Positions 10,509 through 19,828 of a stretch of DNA of 64,000 bases are shown piece after piece. The stretch lies in the NCBI GenBank assembly GCA_013288885.1, contig JABDBA010000009.1:4713-68712 (forward strand). Reading direction: 5' to 3'. The translations under genes were made by a program, and so were the position numbers. The notes beneath the pieces are model-generated. The model saw only the letters and a program-made list of their open reading frames with translations. It was not told the DNA's origin and ran no database searches. Source of the stretch: Gammaproteobacteria bacterium. GTDB taxonomy: Bacteria > Pseudomonadota > Gammaproteobacteria > JABDBA01. The stretch's first letter is position 1; each line of letters starts with the position of its first letter.

Positions 10509-10925
10509 ATGCAAATTTTAAAAAATTTTTCTAAACTAGCTTGTTTATCACTGTTGTTGATTAGCAGTTATGCTATGGCTAGCCAGAGTGTATCATTTTA
10601 TGGAAATTTAAATAACTTAACAGGTGATAATATTAAGCAAATTATGCTGGGTGATCTTGGCGCTAAACTTTTAATAAGCCTACCTGTTCACTCCGGTCAG
10701 ACCGTTCCTTTTACTCTATACCCTTCAGAATATGATGCCAATGGCGCCTTCTTATTTATCTTTGGTAATAAGACCAACTGTGCTGTCAGTTACAACAGTA
10801 ATGGTTTATTCTTGGGTGCTACCCCCTCGTGTTTAGATAAGAACTATAATCTTTCTCTTTCTGGCAATCCAACAAATGGCTTCACTATTACGATAACTAA
10901 TATATCTAAACCTGCTGCCAAATAG
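10509..10925 (+). CDS. Small secreted protein of unknown function
   Basis: Signal peptide MQILKNFSKLACLSLLLISSYAMA|SQ, GAAGGGG upstream of the ATG, and a rho-independent terminator right after the stop. Confidence 0.55.
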   Translation: MQILKNFSKLACLSLLLISSYAMASQSVSFYGNLNNLTGDNIKQIMLGDLGAKLLISLPVHSGQTVPFTLYPSEYDANGAFLFIFGNKTNCAVSYNSNGLFLGATPSCLDKNYNLSLSGNPTNGFTITITNISKPAAK

Positions 10926-10950
10926 CATTAAAAGATTTATTTATTTTTCC

Positions 10951-10987
10951 AGCCCCTTTTTTCTTGATCGAAAAAAGGGGCTTTTTT
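10951..10987 (+). terminator. Rho-independent terminator
   Basis: AGCCCCTTTT-loop-AAAAGGGGCT stem followed by TTTTTT. Confidence 0.65.
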
Positions 10988-11060
10988 ATAACAGTTGAAA
11001 ATTAGTCATTCAATTCTTCTCCTAAAGCAGCATTGCTGCCATAAACAAAATCCAAAATAA

Positions 11061-11438
11061 GTTTCTTCTATAAATCTTAATGAGAAATTTCTAGTCAAGC
11101 TGTTTCCATGGCTCAATGTCATTGAAATTCAGGAAGGCTCGAATTTTATTAAAATTCTGTTAAAATATGTGGTAGATGGGGTAGAAGCCAACAATGAAAC
11201 GGTGTTTATTGAAAAAGCAGAACAATATTTATCAGATGAATTAAGGAGTGAAACAATGACATTAGCACAATTATTTGAGAAAAAAGGTATGGAGAAAGGA
11301 TTGGAACAGGGCTTGCAAGAAGGCCGGCAAGAAGTGGCGCTGCGTATGCTAAAAGAAGGGTTAGGCATGGATTTGATTACTAAACTAACGGGCTTGTCGG
11401 AAGAAAATATTGTAAAACTACAAGAGCATGTAGATTAG
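11061..11438 (+). pseudogene. 5'-truncated fragment of an Rpn-family (YhgA-like) recombination-promoting nuclease / putative transposase
   Basis: The open frame from 11061 has no plausible full-length start. The C-terminal part MTLAQLFEKKGMEKGLEQGLQEGRQEVALRMLKEGLGMDLITKLTGLSEENIVKLQE matches the characteristic Rpn C-terminal tail. The nuclease domain is missing. Confidence 0.6.
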
Positions 11439-11468
11439 GCATGTTTTTTGCCGCAATCTACCTATGAT

Positions 11469-11513
11469 GCTCAAATCCCCCCTAGCCCCCCTTTTTCAAA
11501 GGGGGGAACAGGA
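11469..11513 (+). repeat. Hairpin repeat family A, variant 1 (AAATCCCCCCTAGCCCCCC-TTTTTCAAA-GGGGGGAACAGG)
   Basis: C6/G6 stem with a 9-nt loop. The same sequence occurs at 25712-25754 and, inverted, at 19698-19743. Confidence 0.9.
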
Positions 11514-12216
11514 TATCCGCCAACACCGGCACATGTTCATCTTGTTGCGGGGTGGGCATTTCTAAGCGAGAAAATTCATTGCTGTTGGGCAACTCAAACG
11601 TAAAGTGAGATAATTTCTGTAACGATATCAAACCTTCTGCCAATTCAAAATCAAGCACGTGGCCGCCGATCGTTTGGGTGTTATCAATGAAATGAAAATG
11701 ATAGCCGGGCATTTTAATATGTTCCATGTAATCGGGTGCGAAGAATCCGATGGCGTCGCCTTGGATGTTATGTAAATCAAATTCCCTGCTTTCATCGATA
11801 ATTTCTTTGATAGTTTTATAGGGCTTTGTTTGTTTAGGCACGCTGGCTATTTTTAGCTTAGAAAATTTTCCGCTGATATGAATTGCTAATAAAAAATTTT
11901 TGCTGCCAATTTGTTTTTCAATGCTTGCTTTGAGGTTTTCTAGACGAGTATTAGTAGTGATATTAATATTCAAATCATTATTAAATTTGCAAACTGCTGC
12001 CCAACAAAGGCGTGAACTTGCAGAAGCTAATTGTGCTTTGCCGTTAGTGCAGTGGAAAAATTTTCCGTGCAGTGCAATTAATTCACCTTCGAGTGCATTG
12101 AAAGAACCTAAACCAAAATCACCGCGTTGTTGTAGGTTGGGGAGTGAAAGATCGCCGTCGTACAAGCCGTTTTGCACGGCGATGAAAGTGGAGTATTGGT
12201 ACAGTGTATTTGACAT
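11482..12216 (-). CDS. budA: Alpha-acetolactate decarboxylase
   Basis: N-terminus LYQYSTFIAVQNGLYDGDLSL...GDFGLGSFNALEGELIALHGKFFH is typical AlsD/BudA. The last residues FPPLKKGG and the stop are encoded by repeat A. Confidence 0.8.
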   Translation of the reverse strand: MSNTLYQYSTFIAVQNGLYDGDLSLPNLQQRGDFGLGSFNALEGELIALHGKFFHCTNGKAQLASASSRLCWAAVCKFNNDLNINITTNTRLENLKASIEKQIGSKNFLLAIHISGKFSKLKIASVPKQTKPYKTIKEIIDESREFDLHNIQGDAIGFFAPDYMEHIKMPGYHFHFIDNTQTIGGHVLDFELAEGLISLQKLSHFTFELPNSNEFSRLEMPTPQQDEHVPVLADILFPPLKKGG

Positions 12217-12218
12217 CG

Positions 12219-12275
12219 CAAAATCCCCCCGCCTCGCTTAGCGCTCGTCGGCCCCCTTTTTCAAAGGGGGCGACA
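12219..12275 (+). repeat. Hairpin repeat family A, variant 2 (AAATCCCCCCGCCTCGCTTAGCGCTCGNCGGCCCCC-TTTTTCAAA-GGGGGC)
   Basis: A near-identical copy lies at 19773-19826. This copy ends 3 nt upstream of the budA start codon. Confidence 0.9.
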
Positions 12276-12317
12276 GCCTTAATTCTGCAGCAACGTCTTT
12301 AAGAGTGTAAACAATTC

Positions 12318-12896
12318 CTAATCAACCCTACACTCATTGCCCACCACAGTATATTTCATCCCCGTATGCGGGCAAACCACTGATTCGCCTTTGCCGTGCA
12401 GTGGTAGTTCTAAACGTTCGCCGTATTGGCTCATCCAACCGATTTGTTTGCCGGGCACGCCGACGATTAATGCGTAATCGGGCACATCGCGGTTCACTAC
12501 ACTGCCCGCGCCGATAAACGCATATTGGCCAACTGTGTTACCGCAAACGATGGTGCAGTTTGCGCCTAATGTCGCGCCTTTTTTGATGAGTGTATCGCGA
12601 TATTCATCTTTGCGGCTTACTGCCGAACGTGGATTATAAACATTGGTGAACACCATGCTGGGCCCGCAGAATACATCGTCTTCGATAGTCACATTGTCGT
12701 AGACAGAAACATTGTTTTGTACTTTGACATTATCGCCAATGATTACTTTATTGCCGACATAAACATTTTGTCCGAAACTACAGCGTGCACCAATTTTTGC
12801 ATTGCCAGAAATGTGTACCCAATGCCAAATGCGCGTATCAGCACCGATTTGTGCACCGTCGTCGACGATAGCTGTGGGGTGAGCTTTATAAGTCAT
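12318..12896 (-). CDS. wbpD: Left-handed beta-helix N-acetyltransferase, WbpD-like (UDP-2-acetamido-3-amino-2,3-dideoxy-glucuronate N-acetyltransferase)
   Basis: 192 aa. [24 protein letters not shown] and hexapeptide repeats. Adjacent to a WbpB-like gene. Confidence 0.75.
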   Translation of the reverse strand: MTYKAHPTAIVDDGAQIGADTRIWHWVHISGNAKIGARCSFGQNVYVGNKVIIGDNVKVQNNVSVYDNVTIEDDVFCGPSMVFTNVYNPRSAVSRKDEYRDTLIKKGATLGANCTIVCGNTVGQYAFIGAGSVVNRDVPDYALIVGVPGKQIGWMSQYGERLELPLHGKGESVVCPHTGMKYTVVGNECRVD

Positions 12897-12898
12897 AA

Positions 12899-13957
12899 TT
12901 AAATCTCAAGTGGTAATGTTATCGTTTTATCATCACGTGCAGCTAAATAAGCCGCCGTGAGAATTTCTAATGATTTAAGACCTTCGCGACCATCGGTTTC
13001 TGGTTCAGCTTGGCCGCGCAACACATCCACCACATTTTGATAATACGCAATATGGCCGCTGCCTAATAACGAAGTGGTTTCTTGTGTGGCTTGGACAATT
13101 TGTTCATCTTCAGGTTGTTTATCGGCAAATTCCCAATGTTGAATTTCGTTCACCGCTAAACCACCTAATTTTACCGAGCCTTTTTCACCTAAAATAGTTA
13201 AGGAACCTTCGAGATTTTTAGGATAGGTTAACATCGTCACATTCATCGAACCCATCGCGCCCGAACGCCAGCGAAGATTTAATACACCGGTGTCTTCAAC
13301 TTCGACATTGCGCCCTAACGTACCCATCATCGCTTGCACGCTTTGCACCGGGCCGCACAACCAATCTAATAAATCTACATAATGGCTGGCTTGATTCATA
13401 AACGCACCACCGTCAAACTCCCAAGTACCACGCCATTTTGCTTGATCATAATATGCTTGTGGACGCGTCCAAAAAACATTGAGATTGATCATATAAAGCC
13501 GACCAAAACGATTTTTTTGCATGGCTTGCTTAACGAGTTGTAATGTTGCATTGAGACGATTTTGTTTAACCACAAATAAACGCACACCGGCTTTATCGCA
13601 AGCATCGATCATCGCTATGCCATCTTTCCAACGCGTGGCCATTGGTTTTTCCGTAATTACATGTTTGCCTAAATTAGCAATCGCGATGGTTTGTTGTGCA
13701 TGTACGCCACTGGGTGTACATAGCGTAATAATATCGGGGTCGGTTTTTGCACTCAGCTCAGCAATTTCAGCATAGCCTGGCGCACCGGTTTGCTCCACTG
13801 CTTTTTGCAAAGTTTCGGCATGACCATCACACACGCCAACCAATTCTAATTGATCAGATAATTTTGCAATCGCATTTAAATGATTAGTAGCAATTTTACC
13901 GCAACCCACTAGAGCAATTCGTACTTTTCTGTTTTTTGAAATATTTATATTTTTCAT
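12899..13957 (-). CDS. wbpB: Gfo/Idh/MocA oxidoreductase, WbpB-like (UDP-GlcNAcA 3-dehydrogenase)
   Basis: N-terminal Rossmann motif [15 protein letters not shown]. 352 aa. Context with WbpA/D/E-like genes. Confidence 0.7.
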   Translation of the reverse strand: MKNINISKNRKVRIALVGCGKIATNHLNAIAKLSDQLELVGVCDGHAETLQKAVEQTGAPGYAEIAELSAKTDPDIITLCTPSGVHAQQTIAIANLGKHVITEKPMATRWKDGIAMIDACDKAGVRLFVVKQNRLNATLQLVKQAMQKNRFGRLYMINLNVFWTRPQAYYDQAKWRGTWEFDGGAFMNQASHYVDLLDWLCGPVQSVQAMMGTLGRNVEVEDTGVLNLRWRSGAMGSMNVTMLTYPKNLEGSLTILGEKGSVKLGGLAVNEIQHWEFADKQPEDEQIVQATQETTSLLGSGHIAYYQNVVDVLRGQAEPETDGREGLKSLEILTAAYLAARDDKTITLPLEI

Positions 13958-13980
13958 ATGATTACCATGTCTAGTAAATA

Positions 13981-14095
13981 AGTTCTCATTAGGGTTGACT
14001 GAGTGTCAAAAGCAGACCGTCGATTACATGGACGTAATCAACGATCGCATGGACGCAGTTTCGTCTGCGTTGACATCAGGCGACCCGAATGAGAA
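13981..14095. repeat. Nested imperfect palindromic element (about 115 bp) between wbpB and wbpA
   Basis: Outer arms GTTCTCATTAGGGTTGACTGAGTGTCAA / TTGACATCAGGCGACCCGAATGAGAAC. Inner hairpins GCAGAC...GTCTGC and GATTAC-ATGGAC-GTAATC. Confidence 0.7.
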
Positions 14096-14101
14096 CGGAA
14101 A

Positions 14102-15412
14102 CTACGCTTTAATAATGTTCTTCTCATTCACACTATGATAAACACCGCGCGTATCTACAATTAACTGCGCATTTTGTTTGATCATTTCAAAATCAAACTC
14201 ATCATGGGCCGTTGCTAATACCACACAATCATATTTTTTCAAGTTCGCGGGTGTAATCGGCACACTGCTTAAATCAAAATGATGTTCACGTGTCGGCGGA
14301 AATACCGGAACATGCGGATCGGTATAATCTACTTTTGCGCCTTTACTAACGAGTAACTCCATCAACGTCACCGAAGGCGACTCACGCATATCATCCACAT
14401 TTTTCTTATAGGCAATTCCCAATACTAAAATATTGCTGTCTTTCAACGCTTTGCCGCGATCATTCAACGCATCGGTGACTTTATGAATCACCCACTTCGG
14501 CATATTGCTATTAATTTCACCCGCCAATTCGATGAAACGGGTATGCACGCCAAATTCACGCGCTTTCCACGTTAAATAAAAAGGATCGATCGGAATACAA
14601 TGACCGCCGATACCAGGGCCTGGATAATAAGGCACAAAACCAAACGGTTTAGTTGCCGCCGCATTGATCACTTCAAAAATATCGATGCCCATTTTATCAG
14701 CGACTACTTTCATCTCATTCACTAAACCAATGTTAACGGCGCGATGGATATTTTCTAATAGTTTTGTCATTTCAGCAGCACGGGTAGAACTCACCGGCAC
14801 TACGCGCGTAATCACTTGATTATACAGAGCCAAACCTGCTTCCAAACAATTAGCCGTGTCGCCACCACACACTTTAGGAATAGTTGCTGTCACAAATTCT
14901 GGGTTACCAGGATCTTCGCGCTCAGGAGAAAATACCAGGAAAATATCTTCACCCACTTTCAGACCATTCTTTTCAATACGCGGTTTTAATTCTTCATCGG
15001 TGGTGCCAGGATAAGTCGTGCTCTCTAATGAAATCACTTGGCCTTTACGTATATACGGTAAAAGCGCATCGGTCGTTTCCAACACAAAACTTAAATCCGG
15101 TTCACGATATTTATTCAACGGCGTTGGTACGCATAAAATTAAAGCGTCGGCTTCTTGTGCTTTAGAAAAATCAGTCGTGGCTTGCAGGTTTTTTTGTACC
15201 GCAGAAATGCGATCGCTTTTGATATGTTTAATATAGCTTTGACCTTTATTTAATTTGGTGACTTTGTCTTGGTCAATATCGATACCCATCACTTTATAAC
15301 CCACATTGGCATAACGCAGCATGAGTGGTAAACCCACGTAGCCGAGACCGACAATGCCGATGATGGCGGTTTTGTTATTGAGTTTTTCGAGTAATTGCGA
15401 TTTAGTGGTCAT
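14102..15412 (-). CDS. wbpA: Nucleotide-sugar 6-dehydrogenase, WbpA-like (UDP-GlcNAc 6-dehydrogenase)
   Basis: 436 aa. [12 protein letters not shown]ossmann motif and catalytic Cys region GGHCIPIDP. Confidence 0.8.
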   Translation of the reverse strand: MTTKSQLLEKLNNKTAIIGIVGLGYVGLPLMLRYANVGYKVMGIDIDQDKVTKLNKGQSYIKHIKSDRISAVQKNLQATTDFSKAQEADALILCVPTPLNKYREPDLSFVLETTDALLPYIRKGQVISLESTTYPGTTDEELKPRIEKNGLKVGEDIFLVFSPEREDPGNPEFVTATIPKVCGGDTANCLEAGLALYNQVITRVVPVSSTRAAEMTKLLENIHRAVNIGLVNEMKVVADKMGIDIFEVINAAATKPFGFVPYYPGPGIGGHCIPIDPFYLTWKAREFGVHTRFIELAGEINSNMPKWVIHKVTDALNDRGKALKDSNILVLGIAYKKNVDDMRESPSVTLMELLVSKGAKVDYTDPHVPVFPPTREHHFDLSSVPITPANLKKYDCVVLATAHDEFDFEMIKQNAQLIVDTRGVYHSVNEKNIIKA

Positions 15413-15482
15413 GGTTGTTCTCTACGTTGATAAAAGTAATAAGCAAAATTAAGTCGTAATCCGCAAAAGGTCAAGTATATCA

Positions 15483-16661
15483 CTACTCCCCCTCCACCCC
15501 CAAAATGGGTTTGGTGGTTTCCCAGGTTTTACAGCCTGGGCATAGCCAGTGCAGCACCTTGCCTGCATAACCACATTGGCCGCAGCGGTAAACCGACTTG
15601 TTTTTTAATAGCCGATCAATCAGCTCTTTTAAAATTAATAAATTTTCGCCAGCTTGGCCTGCCGCCGCCTTAATTTGCAAGGCGATTAAACTCTGTAACC
15701 CACGCAATGAAGGCCGCTGATGCAATTGCCCGGTCATAAAATCTATCGCCGCTGCATCACCCTCACGGTATTGTATACTTTCCATCAAGGTCAAGGTAAG
15801 GGAGGTACGCGGAAATATTTGTAAACTATCTTGCAAATAAGCCAACAAACCGTCTTTGTCCTCTAATTGTACATGGGCGGTAGCTAAGGGCGCTACAACT
15901 TCATTCAGGTAATCAGGGTCTTGCTCACGCACACGCTGGTAAGCTTGTAAACTGGTTTTAAAATCCCCCGCTTTCGCTTCAATATCACCTTGCAATAAAC
16001 TAGCGCGCACACACTTCGGGTGGGCATTTAACGCTTGCTTCAGCAATGCACGCGCGGGCGCGAGTTGGCCTGATGCGATCGCTGCTTCTACTAATTCACA
16101 ATGATAATGCGCCACGCGCACCGCAATTTCTTGGTTGGCATCTTCTAAGGTATTGGCGATAGCTATCGCTTGATCCCATTGTTTTTGTTGTTGATAAATA
16201 TCGAGCAAATGGCGTTTGGCAATCATAATTTGTGATTTGTTGCCGTCGCTCACTTCTAAAAAAACGCGCTCGGCACGATCAAAAAGACCGGCACGTAAAT
16301 AATCTTTACCTAATGCTAATAAGGCTTCAATGCGTTGATAACCCGGCAATTGTGGACGCGCAATCACATTTTGGTGAATGCGAATAGCACGTTCTACTTC
16401 ACCACGACGGCGAAATAATGCGCCTAATGCGAGATGTGTTTCTACTGTTTCGCTATCAATTTCTAGCATCTTGATAAAAACATCGATCGCTTTATCGGGT
16501 TGTTCGTTTAATAAATAATTTAATCCCGCTAAATAATCGCGGGTGAAATGCGTATTTTCTTTCGGAGGGGTGATTAATAAATCGTGGCTATTGCGCTTAG
16601 CCGCGTACCATCCGGATACAGCTGCGAGAGGCAATAATAACAATAAGGCATCAACGATCAT
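15483..16661 (-). CDS. lapB: Lipopolysaccharide assembly protein B (TPR plus rubredoxin-type zinc finger)
   Basis: N-terminal TM, TPR repeats, and C-terminal CGQCGYAGKVLHWLCPGCKTW. Confidence 0.85.
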   Translation of the reverse strand: MIVDALLLLLPLAAVSGWYAAKRNSHDLLITPPKENTHFTRDYLAGLNYLLNEQPDKAIDVFIKMLEIDSETVETHLALGALFRRRGEVERAIRIHQNVIARPQLPGYQRIEALLALGKDYLRAGLFDRAERVFLEVSDGNKSQIMIAKRHLLDIYQQQKQWDQAIAIANTLEDANQEIAVRVAHYHCELVEAAIASGQLAPARALLKQALNAHPKCVRASLLQGDIEAKAGDFKTSLQAYQRVREQDPDYLNEVVAPLATAHVQLEDKDGLLAYLQDSLQIFPRTSLTLTLMESIQYREGDAAAIDFMTGQLHQRPSLRGLQSLIALQIKAAAGQAGENLLILKELIDRLLKNKSVYRCGQCGYAGKVLHWLCPGCKTWETTKPILGVEGE

Positions 16662-16941
16662 TTTTTATAGGTATGGCGCGTAAATTGGCCACCTCTTGTT
16701 CTACCATTTTTAGGCGTTGTTTAAGACGATGGTTAGCGCTTTTATATTTAATGGTGAGGAAAAGACACGCTAACAGACCCAGCATTCCTCCGATGACCAA
16801 TGAGGTGGCCAATAGGAGGGACAATGGTAATTTTAAGTTGCCTACGTAGTAATTGAGTGCAACGGGCCCAGCATTAAGACCAGCAAAGCTGATACCCAAC
16901 AAAACGAGTATAAGCAAGATTATGTAGGTAAAAATACGCAA
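16651..16941 (-). CDS. lapA: Lipopolysaccharide assembly protein A (DUF1049)
   Basis: 96 aa with two TM helices and a basic C-terminal helix. Overlaps the lapB start. Confidence 0.75.
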   Translation of the reverse strand: MRIFTYIILLILVLLGISFAGLNAGPVALNYYVGNLKLPLSLLLATSLVIGGMLGLLACLFLTIKYKSANHRLKQRLKMVEQEVANLRAIPIKNDR

Positions 16942-16959
16942 AATGTTGGGCCCTCACTT

Positions 16960-18576
16960 TTATTCCGAAGACTCCGTAGAAGTCGTTTCGGTGGACTGCG
17001 TTTCTTTTGACTTCATCGACAAATTGATGTGGCGTGATTTACGATCAACACCGACCACGCTAGCTTCAATTTCATCGCCTGCATTCAAATGAGTACGCGC
17101 ATCTTCCACTTTTTCATGCGAAATTTCTGCGGCCTTCAAATAACCTTCAACGCCTTCGGCTAAATCAACTTTAGCACCTTTCGCTTCTACTTCACGCACT
17201 GTTCCTTTCACCAAAGTACCTTTAGGGTGCTCGGTTAAAAAAACGGTAGGTGCATCTTGTTCAAGCTGTTTGATGCCCAATGAAATGCGTTCGCGTTCTG
17301 GATCAATCGACAAAATAACGGCTGTTACATCGTCGCCTTTTTTGTAATCGCGTACCGCTTCTTCACCAGCTACGTTCCAAGAAATATCGGATAAATGAAT
17401 CAAGCCATCGATGCCACCATCAAGCCCGATGAACAAACCAAAATCAGTGATGGATTTAATTTTGCCCGAAACTTTTTCGCCTTTGCTATGACCACCGGCA
17501 AATGCTTCCCATGGGTTCGCTTGGCATTGTTTAACGCCGAGTGAAATACGACGACGATCAGTGTCGATATCTAACACCATCACTTCGACTTCATCACCCA
17601 CTTGCACCACTTTGCTTGGGCTAACATTCTTATTGGTCCAGTCCATTTCTGAAACGTGCACTAAGCCTTCCACGCCCGCTTCGATTTCTACAAAGCAACC
17701 GTAGTCGGTCACATTGGTGACTTTACCAAATAATCTTGTGCCTACTGGGTAACGACGAATCAGATCAGTCCACGGATCATCCGCCAACTGTTTGAGGCCG
17801 AGTGAAACGCGCCCGCGTTCACGATCAAACTTAAGAATAACCACTTTAATTTCTTCACCAATCCCGACAATTTCATTGGGATGTTTAATGCGTTTCCATG
17901 ACATATCGGTTACGTGTAACAAGCCGTCAACACCACCGAGATCGACGAATGCACCGTAATCAGTGAGGTTTTTCACCACACCTTTGATAACTTGACCTTC
18001 TTCTAAGTTACCTAATAACGCTTCACGTTCAGCACTGCCTTCTGATTCGATGACCGCACGGCGTGAAAGCACGATGTTATTGCGCTTAGGATCAAGTTTA
18101 ATCACTTTAAATTCGAGTTCTTTGCCTTCAATGAAGGAAGTATCGCGCACCGGTCGCACATCGACTAACGAACCCGGTAAGAACGCACGGATAGTGCCTA
18201 ATTCCACTGTAAAGCCACCTTTGACTTTGCCGGTTACCAAACCCTTAATGGTGGAACCGCCTTCATATGCTTTAGCCAGGTCAGTCCAAGCTTCAGCGCG
18301 TTTGGCTTTTTCACGGGATAATCGTGTTTCGCCAAAACCGTCTTCTAAAGATTCAATCGCAACATCGACTTCGTCGCCAATCGCAACCTCTAGTTCACCT
18401 TGTTCATTATAAAATTGCTCAATGGGGATAACGCCTTCTGATTTCAAACCGGCGTTCACCACCACAAAATCGGTATTAATATGGATAACTTTTCCAGATA
18501 CGATAGAACCAGGACGTAGTTGTTTTTTACTTAAACTTTCTTCAAATAACTGGGCAAAACTTTCATTTTTACTCAT
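16960..18576 (-). CDS. rpsA: 30S ribosomal protein S1
   Basis: Six S1 domains. N-terminus [15 protein letters not shown]...GSIVSGKVI. Confidence 0.97.
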   Translation of the reverse strand: MSKNESFAQLFEESLSKKQLRPGSIVSGKVIHINTDFVVVNAGLKSEGVIPIEQFYNEQGELEVAIGDEVDVAIESLEDGFGETRLSREKAKRAEAWTDLAKAYEGGSTIKGLVTGKVKGGFTVELGTIRAFLPGSLVDVRPVRDTSFIEGKELEFKVIKLDPKRNNIVLSRRAVIESEGSAEREALLGNLEEGQVIKGVVKNLTDYGAFVDLGGVDGLLHVTDMSWKRIKHPNEIVGIGEEIKVVILKFDRERGRVSLGLKQLADDPWTDLIRRYPVGTRLFGKVTNVTDYGCFVEIEAGVEGLVHVSEMDWTNKNVSPSKVVQVGDEVEVMVLDIDTDRRRISLGVKQCQANPWEAFAGGHSKGEKVSGKIKSITDFGLFIGLDGGIDGLIHLSDISWNVAGEEAVRDYKKGDDVTAVILSIDPERERISLGIKQLEQDAPTVFLTEHPKGTLVKGTVREVEAKGAKVDLAEGVEGYLKAAEISHEKVEDARTHLNAGDEIEASVVGVDRKSRHINLSMKSKETQSTETTSTESSE

Positions 18577-18658
18577 ATTTTCACTTTTATTTACAGTAGG
18601 CTTTTTGGTTATAAGACCACTTGGTTATGTGTTTTAGGAGGATTCCTTATAAACACGG

Positions 18659-19363
18659 TTAAGTTGATTCCGGGAACACACTTCGCACGATTTCTCGAAT
18701 TTTTTGCAGTTCTTCTTCGATGCCCATATGGGTCGTATCGATGATAATAGCATCGGGGGCTGGTTTTAGCGGTGCTACGACACGCTCCCGATCTCTGCGA
18801 TCTCGTTCGACAAGTTCTGTACAAAGCGCGTCTAGACTAACATTTATCCCTTTTTTCTTCAACTGATTATAGCGACGTTCGGCACGTTCTTGTGGGCTGG
18901 CATCTAAAAAAAGCTTAATTGGGGCATCGGGAAACACCACACTGCCCATATCGCGACCATCCGTGACCAAACCTGGCACGGTGCGAAACGCGCGTTGTAA
19001 TTCAAGTAGTGCTTGCCGTACTTTTGGCAATACCCCTACTTTTGAAGCATTATTACCGCAATTTTCACTGCGAATAGCCTCTGTTACATCCAGATGATCT
19101 AAGATGACTCGCGGCAATAAATCATGACCATTAATCTTGAATTGAATATCCATGTTGGAGGCGAGATGCGCCAAACCGGTTTCATCGTCAAGCGCCACTT
19201 GGTGATGTTCCGCCGCTAAGGCAAGCACTCGGTATAGACTACCACTGTCTAAATAATGCCAGCCGAGCTCCAGGGCTAATAATTGGCCAATAGTGCCTTT
19301 GCCAGTGCCGCTAGGCCCATCGATGGTGATCACAGGAATGGTTATGGTCTTGGCAATGGTCAT
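18659..19363 (-). CDS. cmk: Cytidylate kinase
   Basis: P-loop ITIDGPSGTGKGT. Classical cmk-rpsA linkage. Confidence 0.95.
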   Translation of the reverse strand: MTIAKTITIPVITIDGPSGTGKGTIGQLLALELGWHYLDSGSLYRVLALAAEHHQVALDDETGLAHLASNMDIQFKINGHDLLPRVILDHLDVTEAIRSENCGNNASKVGVLPKVRQALLELQRAFRTVPGLVTDGRDMGSVVFPDAPIKLFLDASPQERAERRYNQLKKKGINVSLDALCTELVERDRRDRERVVAPLKPAPDAIIIDTTHMGIEEELQKIREIVRSVFPEST

Positions 19364-19508
19364 AGTTTTTGAGGATATATCTCACGTCTTTATCAGTTTT
19401 AAGAGCTTATATTATTTTGCACATTGTAATATAGTTATAGGTGCTTGAATCACCTCCGCTACAGCCTACCACCCAAAAAGGAACTTTTTAACAAAGGAGC
19501 AGTAAACC

Positions 19509-19673
19509 ATGATATTCCATTTTTTCTTGATCTTCAGTGTTGCTTGCATTGTTGCAGCTTTGCTGGTGACCGTTGTTATTGCTTGGATCGTTTCACCAAA
19601 AACTTCCTCTACTGAAGACCCCATCGAGCATTCGCTAGAGGGGTTAAGTTTATTTCCGTGGCCGAAGCGGTAG
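19509..19673 (+). CDS. Candidate 54-aa single-TM small protein
   Basis: AAGGAG lies 9 nt upstream of the ATG. Sequence MIFHFFLIFSVACIVAALLVTVVIAWIVSPKTSSTEDPIEHSLEGLSLFPWPKR. It is below the ORF-track size cutoff and I recognise no homolog. Confidence 0.3.
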   Translation: MIFHFFLIFSVACIVAALLVTVVIAWIVSPKTSSTEDPIEHSLEGLSLFPWPKR

Positions 19674-19697
19674 TGGGAAACCAGAAAAAACTCTGAA

Positions 19698-19743
19698 TTT
19701 CCTGTTCCCCCCTTTGAAAAAGGGGGGCTAGGGGGGATTTGAG
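19698..19743 (-). repeat. Hairpin repeat family A, variant 1 (inverted copy)
   Basis: Reverse complement of the 11469-11513 and 25712-25754 sequence. Confidence 0.9.
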
Positions 19744-19772
19744 GGTAGCTGCACAATCTCTAAAACAAAACC

Positions 19773-19826
19773 CAAAATCCCCCCGCCTCGCTTAGCGCTC
19801 GGCGGCCCCCTTTTTCAAAGGGGGCA
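19773..19826 (+). repeat. Hairpin repeat family A, variant 2
   Basis: Near-identical to 12219-12275. Ends 2 nt from the gyrA stop codon. Confidence 0.9.
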
Positions 19827-19828
19827 AT

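Noticed and set aside
11469-12275. The idea that budA plus its flanking hairpins is an integron gene cassette with attC sites.
   Set aside because: There are no GTTRRRY core sites or R''/L''-L'/R' organisation in the hairpins. There is no intI or attI nearby. The same repeats occur at unrelated gene ends.
16941-16960. Absence of ihfB between rpsA and lapA. The order rpsA-ihfB-lapA-lapB is common in Gammaproteobacteria.
   Set aside because: The gap is only 18 nt with no scar or repeat. Gene order here varies among lineages, so this is not informative without the whole genome.
19466-19756. 96-aa minus-strand ORF between cmk and gyrA.
   Set aside because: Its N-terminus (PPSPPFSKGGTGN) is a translation of hairpin repeat A. 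It has no RBS or recognisable domain. The opposite-strand 54-codon ORF with a good RBS is more plausible.
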